Made by a program: the position numbers and the translations under genes
Notes under the pieces: generated by a model
Seen by the model: the letters and a program-made list of their open reading frames with translations, nothing else
Told to the model about the DNA's origin: nothing
The model's database searches: none
DNA from: Anaerolineae bacterium
Lineage (GTDB): Bacteria; Chloroflexota; Anaerolineae; Aggregatilineales; Phototrophicaceae
Length of the DNA stretch: 23,119 nt
NCBI GenBank assembly: GCA_030950085.1
Contig: JAUZRW010000118.1
Location: 1-23,119, forward strand
Direction: 5' to 3'
Shown here: positions 16,752-23,119 of the stretch, piece after piece
Layout of the letters: each line of letters begins with the position of its first letter
Position numbering within the stretch: the stretch's first letter is position 1

Positions 16752-18308
16752 ATGCGTTTATCAAAATGGTTTTGGGTGCTTTTGGCAATCGGTTTTACAG
16801 TCCGTTTGATTGCCGCCGCCCTCGCGCCATTCCCCGGTATTTCTGACCCCAATCACTATTATAACTTAGCGACAAACCTCGCTAATGGACGCGGTTTTGT
16901 GATTGACTACATCTGGCAATACCATAATCCGCCCGCACAAGTGACCCATCCGATTGATTATTGGATGCCCTTGCCTGCGCTGTGGCCGGCATTAGGTCTC
17001 GCATTGTTCCCAGATAACTTGTTTGCGGCGCTAGTGCCATCAGTCATTTTTGGCACATTGGTCATTGCTCTAGCAGATAGGATTGCGGCTGCCCTTAAAG
17101 CCGATGAAACCGAACGCTTATTGACGATGGCGGCTGTCGTTTTTTTGCCCCAATATGTCCTCAATTCCGCCCGAACGGATACCACGATTTCTTATATTTT
17201 CTTCATGGGCTTAACCTGCCTATTTTTCTATCAAGGGTTGCGCCGCCATCCTGCCTATTTATTAGGGGCTGGGATATTTGCTGGCTTGAGTCAACTGTCG
17301 CGCCAAGATGCCATTATCTTGATTCCGGCAATCGTCTTGGCATTACTTATTTATCGGCTTCTCGCTGATGAAAAAGGCATCCCGTGGCGTTGGTTGTGGC
17401 TGATTGCGCTTGGTTGGATAGGGGTGATGTCGCCATGGTTTATACGAAATTACAATTTATACGGCGAGATATTGCCCGGTGGCGCACAGCGAACTTTGTT
17501 CATGACGAGTTTCATTGACCAATTTACTTATGGGCGCACACTCGATTTGGAACATTATCTGGATTGGGGACTGCCTAACATTCTCGGCAATATCGCGTTT
17601 CAGGCAATGGCAAATATCAAGACCTTGTACACTCTGCTGAATGTGCTGCTACCCGTGACAGCACTCGCAGGGATTATCGGGCTAGTGCGACACAGTAGCG
17701 GAGAAAGCGAACGTGAACGCTTACGAATGCTTATCTTGCCGTTGACAATGGTTTTGGGACTCTTCATGTTTTATAGTTTTGTGACACCTTTTCACACGAT
17801 GGGCGGCAGCTTTTATAAGAGTTATCAGTTTGTCATTCCATTCTTGGCAATGGCGAGCGCGTGGGGCATATCGACATTTGTAACATCGCGTCAGGCGGTT
17901 ACGGTGCTTGCACTGTTAATGATGTTCTTCATGCTGCTCAATGCTTTTGATACGCTGCGCCTAGATTTTGCAGCTTCACGACGCTTTGATGATAGTATCG
18001 CCGCCCTCACTGTGATTCTCAATGAAGTGGGTGATGTTAATGGCGATGGCGAAATTATCATCATGACTCAAGACCCGTATATCTTGAATTATCATGGTTT
18101 TCGGGCGCTAATGCTTCCGAGTGATAGTCGTGATTTAATCTTAGAGGCTGCTTATCGCTATCAGGTGGATTATATTTTGCTACCAGCCGCCCGTGACAGC
18201 TTAGATGCACTGTACAATAATGCTGAAGAAGATAGTCGCTTACAGTGGCTATCGGCGACAGGACGCTATCAATTGTTAGCCGTGATACCGCCCGAATCTG
18301 CGGACTGA
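16752..18308 (+). CDS. Family GT39/GT83 (ArnT/PMT-like) membrane glycosyltransferase.
   Basis: About 12 TM helices. The N-terminal motif AIGFTVRLIAAALAPFPGISDPNHYYNLATNLANGRGF is typical of ArnT/PMT-type dolichyl/undecaprenyl-phosphate-sugar transferases. The start is placed at the ATG after a GGGGTG SD. The ORF track starts 22 codons earlier. Confidence 0.8.
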   Translation: MRLSKWFWVLLAIGFTVRLIAAALAPFPGISDPNHYYNLATNLANGRGFVIDYIWQYHNPPAQVTHPIDYWMPLPALWPALGLALFPDNLFAALVPSVIFGTLVIALADRIAAALKADETERLLTMAAVVFLPQYVLNSARTDTTISYIFFMGLTCLFFYQGLRRHPAYLLGAGIFAGLSQLSRQDAIILIPAIVLALLIYRLLADEKGIPWRWLWLIALGWIGVMSPWFIRNYNLYGEILPGGAQRTLFMTSFIDQFTYGRTLDLEHYLDWGLPNILGNIAFQAMANIKTLYTLLNVLLPVTALAGIIGLVRHSSGESERERLRMLILPLTMVLGLFMFYSFVTPFHTMGGSFYKSYQFVIPFLAMASAWGISTFVTSRQAVTVLALLMMFFMLLNAFDTLRLDFAASRRFDDSIAALTVILNEVGDVNGDGEIIIMTQDPYILNYHGFRALMLPSDSRDLILEAAYRYQVDYILLPAARDSLDALYNNAEEDSRLQWLSATGRYQLLAVIPPESAD

Positions 18309-18384
18309 TACCCTTTATGGGGGTGTATTTCAAGTTGGCACAAAATCTAAAACGACCCTATTTCGTCTAAAAACAACCGTCTTT

Positions 18385-18430
18385 GATATAGGGGCGTACC
18401 CACGTGTGCGCCTGTTGTGGATAATCACGG
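18385..18430 (+). repeat. GTAGGGG-hairpin element copy (partial or degenerate tail).
   Basis: tataggggcgtacccacgtgtgcgcc has a hairpin core identical to 21889-21913. It lies 77 nt after the stop at 18308. It is followed by the atatggggcat motif (18437-18447), which also occurs at 20948. Confidence 0.6.
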
Positions 18431-18500
18431 GATGACATATGGGGCATCCTCTACAATTTATGCACTGAGATGAAATGCACCCATAGTTCATGATTCGGTC

Positions 18501-18528
18501 TTGCTTGAGAAGATGATTCTGCTATAAT
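18501..18528 (+). promoter_or_regulatory. Promoter of tRNA-Gln: -35 TTGCTT, 16-nt spacer, extended -10 TGCTATAAT.
   Basis: ttgctt is at 18501-18506 and tgctataat at 18520-18528. The tRNA starts 14 nt downstream. Confidence 0.55.
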
Positions 18529-18541
18529 GGTGGTGTTAGAT

Positions 18542-18614
18542 TGGGAAGTAGCTCAACCGGCAGAGCAGGTGCCTTTGGAGCACAAGGTTGTAGGTTCAAG
18601 TCCTACCTTCCCAG
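18542..18614 (+). tRNA. tRNA-Gln (anticodon TTG).
   Basis: Acceptor stem UGGGAAG/CUUCCCA with the U1-A72 pair and G73 discriminator characteristic of bacterial tRNA-Gln. D arm GCUC-AACCGGCA-GAGC. Anticodon loop CUUUGGA. T arm GUAGG-UUCAAGU-CCUAC. There is one G-A mismatch at the top of the anticodon stem. Confidence 0.8.
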
Positions 18615-18622
18615 CTAAACAA

Positions 18623-18640
18623 GACTTGAACATTCAAGTC
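18623..18640 (+). promoter_or_regulatory. Perfect palindrome GACTTGAA-CA-TTCAAGTC 9 nt after the tRNA-Gln 3' end. It repeats the tRNA T-arm sequence TTCAAGTC.
   Basis: 8+8 inverted repeat. One arm matches the tRNA T-arm segment TTCAAGTCC, which appears at 18595-18603 and again at 18633-18641. Confidence 0.5.
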
Positions 18641-18645
18641 CATTC

Positions 18646-18672
18646 CGACCAACGTCTTTGTTGGTCGTTTTG
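18646..18672 (+). terminator. Intrinsic terminator after tRNA-Gln.
   Basis: 8-bp stem CGACCAAC/GTTGGTCG with loop GTCTTT, followed by TTTTGG. Confidence 0.65.
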
Positions 18673-18687
18673 GTTCCTAAAGAGCTA

Positions 18688-18779
18688 CTTGTTTAACAAA
18701 CTATCCTTGTTGAACTTATAGCCTCTATCGCATATTGCAATTTTGTGTGAGGCGAGGTGAAACCCCGAAAGGGGCTTAT
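18688..18779 (+). repeat. Dispersed structured element, family 1, copy B.
   Basis: cttgtttaacaaact...attttgtgtgaggcgaggtgaaaccccgaaaggggcttat. Hairpin 1 is CGCATA...TGTGAG and hairpin 2 is CCCC-GAAA-GGGG. Confidence 0.7.
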
Positions 18780-18826
18780 TTTCAAATACTTTATCCGACA
18801 TTAGCAGAAATAACCTGACGCTCAGG

Positions 18827-19852
18827 CTACGATTCATCTGTGTTATCGGTCAGGTTGCGCGGCATCGGGCGTTCGGGAATGTCTTTGAGCAAGCCTCCAT
18901 GTCCCATAGCGACCAAATCCGCACGGCTGAGACGTTCTCCTGCCAGTAAACGCGGCAATATCCAGTCGATGACATTGGTTTTCGGCGATTTGACACATCC
19001 CGGCGCACCAACCACTGGCACATCACCGAGATAGCCCATCATCAACAGTGTACCGGGGTCAACAGGAACGCCATGCTGTGTGATACTCCCCCCTGCCAAT
19101 AATAACGCCGATGGCACAATGTCTTCACGGTCAATGATGGCACTCATGCTCGCTATTAGAATTAAATCACAATCCGAATAATCTTGTATCGCATGAGCAA
19201 TCGCTGTAGCATCATGGGCAACATAAAGCGGTTCGAGTAAGTCACTACCGAGAAAGTCAATTCGATTTTTCACAGGCTCATGAAAACCATTGATAAGCCG
19301 TTCTTTGACCGATTCATGACCGGAGATAATTAGGGCGACTTTGCCTTTTTTAAGGGGACGCACAACCACAATCGAATTTGCTTCGGCAGCGATACACTCC
19401 ACATCTTTGATTCGCGCATCCGGCACAGCAAATGGCACAATTTTTACCAGCGTCACCAAGTCGCCAATATCAACTAGCGTATGTTCATGCAGCGTCGCTA
19501 TCGTGATGCCATCGTAAATCGTGTTCAGGCGTTCCAACACAGGCACATTAACACGCAATACACCGCGTTCACTCGCCATCAGATTCGCTCGTCCGACACC
19601 GGGCGCTTTTACATTGATTCCGTGTCCGGCAAGCGCCTCTCCTACACGACGAGCCGCCTCATTTTCATGAACATCGTGCGTGTCGATTTGTGCCACAATC
19701 ACCATTTCGTGCTGATGGTCACGCAGGGTTTCGATATCGTCACGCGATAAGATGCGCCCCTTATTGAACAACAGCCGTCCATTGTTGTTGAAAATCTTAT
19801 GTGCGAGAATCGTCCCCTCAGCCTCATCTATGGAAATTGCACCGAACCTCAT
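18827..19852 (-). CDS. Molybdopterin-binding (MoCF_biosynth/MogA-MoeA-fold) domain protein, XdhC-associated.
   Basis: 341 aa. The C-terminal half (KVALIISGHES...DLILIASMSAII...GVPVDPGTLLMMGYLGDVPVVGAPG) resembles the molybdopterin-binding fold. The 4-nt ATGA overlap with the upstream xdhC-like gene implies an operon. Confidence 0.75.
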   Translation of the reverse strand: MRFGAISIDEAEGTILAHKIFNNNGRLLFNKGRILSRDDIETLRDHQHEMVIVAQIDTHDVHENEAARRVGEALAGHGINVKAPGVGRANLMASERGVLRVNVPVLERLNTIYDGITIATLHEHTLVDIGDLVTLVKIVPFAVPDARIKDVECIAAEANSIVVVRPLKKGKVALIISGHESVKERLINGFHEPVKNRIDFLGSDLLEPLYVAHDATAIAHAIQDYSDCDLILIASMSAIIDREDIVPSALLLAGGSITQHGVPVDPGTLLMMGYLGDVPVVGAPGCVKSPKTNVIDWILPRLLAGERLSRADLVAMGHGGLLKDIPERPMPRNLTDNTDES

Positions 19853-20895
19853 CGTTTAACCCCATTCCGCACAGCGACAATTTGCGCCATGATACCGAGT
19901 GCGATTTCTTCTGGAGTACGCGACCCTAAATCAATGCCAATCGGCGTGTGCAAACGGTCAATTAATTCCTGAGAAATGCCTGCTTCCAATAAGCGTTTTG
20001 AGCGTTTTTCATGTGTTCTGCTGCTGCTGAGAACGCCGATATACGGCACATCGCTTGGCAATGCTGTGATGAGTGCCTTATCGTCAATTTTGGGGTCGTG
20101 GGTCAGTACCGCGAGAAATGTATTTTTATCGAGCCCTAATTCTGGCAATGCCTTATCAGGATAAGTGTGCAGAATCGCATTCGCATCTGGGAATCGTTCT
20201 TCTGTGGCAAAGGCGCGGCGCGGGTCAATCAGCGAGACACGGAATCCCATCTCTTGTGCGATATTTGTCAGTGGAATCGCCACATGCACACCACCAATGA
20301 TAATCAGGTGTGGACGGGGTGCAATGACGTCAACCATAATTTCAGAGTCATTGACTGTCATCTGACCGGATTTGAGCGTATTTTGGGCAATCACTTGAAA
20401 TTCGTTGACTTGCGAATCGCCGAGTCCATTCGTTTTGTAGATGGCTTCATTGTGTGAATTGAAAAGCACTTTTTCACCTGCCGAGTCGCCTTCAAGAATA
20501 GTGATTGTTGTCAGCAATGAATCGGATTTTGCAGCCTTCGCCACAGTCTCCCACCACATTTTATCCAGAGGTTCGACATAAACATGAATCCGTCCGCCAC
20601 ACGTTAAGCCGACTTCCCATGCGGTATCATCCGCCACCCCAAATTTAAGCAAACGCGGCTTGCCATCTTTCATAGCAGCCTGTGCTTCTTCAACGACTGC
20701 GCCTTCAACGCAGCCGCCACTGACAGACCCTATCATCGCCAAATCATCGGTAACTGCCATTTTTGACCCTTCGCGGCGTGGGGCAGACCCCCATGTTTTG
20801 GTGACTGTCGCCAACGCAATTGAACGCTTATCGCTTAACCAATTTTCAACGCTATCGAGAATATCAAACATGGTATTCCTCATATCTAAGAACAA
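19849..20895 (-). CDS. XdhC/CoxI-family molybdenum-hydroxylase maturation factor.
   Basis: The N-terminal XdhC_CoxI motif is ALATVTKTWGSAPRREGSKMAV...GSVSGGCVEGAV. The C-terminal Rossmann-like part is LIIIGGVHVAIPLTNIAQEMGFRVSLIDPR. Confidence 0.85.
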   Translation of the reverse strand: MFLDMRNTMFDILDSVENWLSDKRSIALATVTKTWGSAPRREGSKMAVTDDLAMIGSVSGGCVEGAVVEEAQAAMKDGKPRLLKFGVADDTAWEVGLTCGGRIHVYVEPLDKMWWETVAKAAKSDSLLTTITILEGDSAGEKVLFNSHNEAIYKTNGLGDSQVNEFQVIAQNTLKSGQMTVNDSEIMVDVIAPRPHLIIIGGVHVAIPLTNIAQEMGFRVSLIDPRRAFATEERFPDANAILHTYPDKALPELGLDKNTFLAVLTHDPKIDDKALITALPSDVPYIGVLSSSRTHEKRSKRLLEAGISQELIDRLHTPIGIDLGSRTPEEIALGIMAQIVAVRNGVKR

Positions 20896-20985
20896 TTTGT
20901 CTGCGAACCTCTAAATCATACATGCTGCTTGCTGATAAACAAAGCCGATATGGGGCATATCTCAGAAATGTGGCATACTCTCAAA

Positions 20986-21010
20986 GTGTAGGGGTTAACG
21001 TGCTAAACCC
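20986..21010 (+). repeat. Diverged GTAGGGG-hairpin variant in the divergent promoter region.
   Basis: gtgtaggggttaacgtgctaaaccc folds as a GGGTT/AACCC stem. It is preceded by atatggggcat (20948-20958), as in the 18437 copy. Confidence 0.4.
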
Positions 21011-21122
21011 ACTTTGGCAAAATATCGAAATGCACTCACCAATATGAATTTCAATCGCCGTTATTACACAATCCATATAGGCAAATTGACCTATAAATAG
21101 TACAATTGTTCTAAGATGGCAG

Positions 21123-21160
21123 ACTGTGAATTTACAGTGTAACAGGTGCTGCGCTATAAT
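21123..21160 (+). promoter_or_regulatory. Promoter of the MBL-fold hydrolase gene (TTTACA-18 nt-TATAAT). An ACTGT-N7-ACAGT inverted repeat overlaps the -35.
   Basis: tttaca is at 21131-36 and tataat at 21155-60. The ACTGTGAA 8-mer recurs at 22555-22562. Confidence 0.45.
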
Positions 21161-21203
21161 GGGCAGTATTCAACTAGCTTAGACAATACACGAGGTTAAG
21201 GTT

Positions 21204-21854
21204 TTGGATATTACATGGTATGGATTAAGTTGTTTTCGTCTGATAGAGCGTGGGCAAACAACTGTCGTGACAGACCCTTATAGTGAATCAATTGGCTTGC
21301 CGATTCCCAATCTAAAAGGAGATGTGGTCACGGTGAGTCATGATGAGGCGGGACATAATGGTATTAATCATGTGAAGAATTATGAGCATATCCTCAGTGG
21401 ACCGGGTGAATATGAAATTGGGGGTGTCTTCATCACAGGATTAGCGATGCACCATATTGATAATGAACAAGAAATTTATCGGCGGAATGTCTCTTACCTG
21501 ATAAAGTATCCCTCCGATTTAACTGTTTTGCATCTTGGCGATTTATCACATATTCCAGACCAATCGACTATCGAAGGTTTAGGAGAAGTCCATGTGGCAC
21601 TTGTCCCTGTTGGCGGTGGAAACACCCTCTCGGCAGCGATGGCGGCGGAAGTTATCGCCCTGATAGAACCCAATTATATTGTCCCCATGCACTATGCGAT
21701 GGAAGGGCTTAACCTTCAACTAGATACTGTGGATAAATTTTTGAAGGCGATGGGGGTCAGTCGCGTTCAAGAAGATGAGACATTGCGCGTCTTATCGAGC
21801 AGTTTGCCAGAACAACCGGAAGTGGTCGTTCTATTACCGCAAATTGGCGATTAA
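21204..21854 (+). CDS. MBL-fold metallo-hydrolase (UPF0173/Lactamase_B_3-like).
   Basis: 216 aa. The MDITWYGLSCFRLIE N-terminus and SHDEAGHNG (the H-x-H-x-D-H-like region) resemble that family. The start is probably a TTG, with a GAGG SD 8 nt upstream. Confidence 0.7.
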   Translation: MDITWYGLSCFRLIERGQTTVVTDPYSESIGLPIPNLKGDVVTVSHDEAGHNGINHVKNYEHILSGPGEYEIGGVFITGLAMHHIDNEQEIYRRNVSYLIKYPSDLTVLHLGDLSHIPDQSTIEGLGEVHVALVPVGGGNTLSAAMAAEVIALIEPNYIVPMHYAMEGLNLQLDTVDKFLKAMGVSRVQEDETLRVLSSSLPEQPEVVVLLPQIGD

Positions 21855-21886
21855 ATACGAAGCAGTGACACACTTTAGCCCAAAAA

Positions 21887-22035
21887 CTGTAGGGGCGTAC
21901 CCACGTGTGCGCCCGAAAATCACAGTCAATAGTGTAAGTCCTAATAAGCCCCTTTCGGGGTTTCGCCGCGCCTCACACAAAATGGCAATGTGAGACCGAT
22001 GTTAGAGGGTTATCAGAGATAGTTTGTTAAACAAG
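21887..22035. repeat. Composite repeat. A complete GTAGGGG-hairpin element (21887-21944, + orientation) is fused to a family-1 structured element (21945-22035, - orientation). Together they fill the whole intergenic space.
   Basis: ctgtaggggcgtacccacgtgtgcgcccgaaaatcacagtcaatagtgtaagtcctaa is followed by the reverse complement of cttgtttaacaaact...ggcgcggcgaaaccccgaaaggggctta. The same junction order (family-1 3' end, then the hairpin element in reverse complement) is seen in partial form at 22726-22757. Confidence 0.75.
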
Positions 22036-22042
22036 GAATATC

Positions 22043-22354
22043 ATGAGTTATACATTAATCATGACATGGGATATCAAGCCCGATATGGAAGCAGATTACT
22101 ATGAGTTTGTCATTCGAGAGTGGGTGCCTGTCACGAATAAACTCGGCTTGCAAATGGTTGCGGCATGGTATACGCAATACAGCCTCGATAAGACTGTACC
22201 TATTATTCGCGCTGAGGGGATTACGGAAGATTTAAGCACGATGCGCGGCATCCTCAATAGTGCGGATTGGGAAGATATACACATTAAATTGATGGATTAC
22301 GTGGAAAATTATTCGCATAAAGTGGTTGAAACCACAGGTGATTTTCGCATGTGA
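22043..22354 (+). CDS. Small hypothetical protein (103 aa), possibly a ferredoxin-like alpha+beta fold.
   Basis: An ATG preceded by AAGGA (5 nt). It is conserved-looking and non-repetitive, but I recognise no family with confidence. Confidence 0.55.
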   Translation: MSYTLIMTWDIKPDMEADYYEFVIREWVPVTNKLGLQMVAAWYTQYSLDKTVPIIRAEGITEDLSTMRGILNSADWEDIHIKLMDYVENYSHKVVETTGDFRM

Positions 22355-22504
22355 TGCACAATAAACTTTCGGTTTTGTAGTGGCGCGATGTATCATGCCG
22401 CTACGACGGAATTCTAAAAATATAAAGGTTGCTTGTTTAGGAACAGAAATTAAATAACTCTAGCAATCGTTGTTCCAACAGTTTGGGAATAAGCGTGAAA
22501 AGTT

Positions 22505-22571
22505 ATCAGTTTTTAGTCATCAGTTGTCAGAAAAACAATTATCCTGAACTGAAAACTGTGAACTGACAACT
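22505..22571. promoter_or_regulatory. CAGTT/AACTG-rich segment with a perfect 9-bp inverted repeat AGTTGTCAG...CTGACAACT (32-nt spacer).
   Basis: The arms are at 22522-22530 and 22563-22571. Additional CAGTT/AACTG units occur at 22507, 22521, 22546 and 22556. The segment contains ACTGTGAA. Confidence 0.4.
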
Positions 22572-22636
22572 ATAAATCGGGTAACTTCTGCAAATTACCG
22601 AATTCATTGAAATGTTGGGCTTATTTAATCTTCAAT

Positions 22637-22757
22637 CCTTAACAAACTTTCTGCGATAATGCTCTAACACTTATCTCACAATGTTATTTTGTGTGAGGCG
22701 CGGTGAAACCCCGAAAGGGGCTTACATAATTGATTGTGATTTTCGGGCGTACACACC
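22637..22757 (+). repeat. Dispersed structured element, family 1, copy D (5' end truncated to CCTTAACAAACT), plus a partial reverse-complement GTAGGGG-hairpin module.
   Basis: ccttaacaaactttctgcgataatgctctaac...ctcacaatgttattttgtgtgaggcgcggtgaaaccccgaaaggggcttac, then ttgattgtgattttcgggcgtacacacc. The latter is the reverse complement of the hairpin element's ggtgtgtacgcccgaaaatcacaatcaa. Confidence 0.7.
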
Positions 22758-22885
22758 AGTAATCTCTACGATTTCTAGGCTCAGATGCCCCAATTTCAAA
22801 ACTCATTGGAACTTTTTGCCCCTAACATTCATCTACATCAGTGAGAACTTCTGATTAAAGAGATTGATCGGTGATGGAGGAGAAC

Positions 22886-23119
22886 ATGATGCAGGATAAA
22901 CCGAAACGTAAAATTAAACCGATTACCGAATCGCGCTGGAAAATGCCAGCAATCGCAGCAGCAGCAATCGCCTTACTGATTGGCGGTGTGCTGATTGGAC
23001 TATTTGTCGCCAATCGCCAGACAATCGAAATTCCCCCACAGATTGTCGTCTCAGTTGATGATGCTTGCGCGACATTGCCATCCTATGGACAAACTGTGCA
23101 AAATATCCCAAATCAACAA
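22886..23119 (+). CDS. 3'-truncated CDS: small membrane-anchored protein (N-terminal TM helix).
   Basis: GGAGG SD 5 nt before ATGATG. The protein reads MMQDKPKRKIKPITESRWKMPAIAAAAIALLIGGVLIGLFVANRQ..., open to the window end. It is not in the ORF track because it has no stop. Confidence 0.5.
   Translation, partial: MMQDKPKRKIKPITESRWKMPAIAAAAIALLIGGVLIGLFVANRQTIEIPPQIVVSVDDACATLPSYGQTVQNIPNQQ

Noticed and set aside
18527-18721. 64-aa + ORF.
   Set aside because: It covers tRNA-Gln, the palindrome and the terminator.

Overview
This is a 23.1 kb, gene-dense chromosomal segment. Its character (Thr/Pro-rich linkers, Ser/Thr-kinase plus FHA signalling, LysM-M23 peptidase, GT39 glycosyltransferase) suggests a Chloroflexi-like filamentous bacterium, but I cannot name the organism.

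I can support 18 protein-coding genes, two of them cut by the window edges:
- Plus strand: a 5'-truncated Ser/Thr kinase C-terminal ectodomain, a secreted hypothetical protein, a LysM-M23 peptidase, an ArsR-family regulator, a GT39/ArnT-like glycosyltransferase, an MBL-fold hydrolase, a small hypothetical protein and a 3'-truncated small membrane protein.
- Minus strand: an FHA-receiver protein, an acyl-CoA dehydrogenase, a metal-type ABC ATPase, a HEAT-repeat protein, a KARI-like protein, GatA, a Yip1-like membrane protein, a major-vault-protein (MVP) homologue, and an XdhC plus molybdopterin-binding-domain pair.

There are two tRNA genes, Ser-GGA and Gln-TTG. Each has an identical extended -10 box (TGCTATAAT) upstream and a clean intrinsic terminator downstream.

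The non-coding DNA is unusually structured. I see at least three families of short dispersed repeats:
- A ~90-nt two-hairpin element present four times, with compensatory changes in the stems.
- A GTAGGGG-hairpin REP/MITE-like element present at least five times, once fused to the 90-nt element and once with 9-bp terminal inverted repeats.
- A ~40-nt motif shared by two promoter regions.

The most notable protein findings are:
- A compact (507 aa) bacterial major vault protein homologue: five MVP repeats, then a shoulder/SPFH-like domain, then a short cap-helix.
- An FHA-receiver fusion whose phospho-acceptor position appears to be Glu.
- A KARI-fold protein with a non-canonical cofactor loop.

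No CRISPR array, integrase or transposase was seen. All calls come from reading the sequence and the ORF track; no database search was run.
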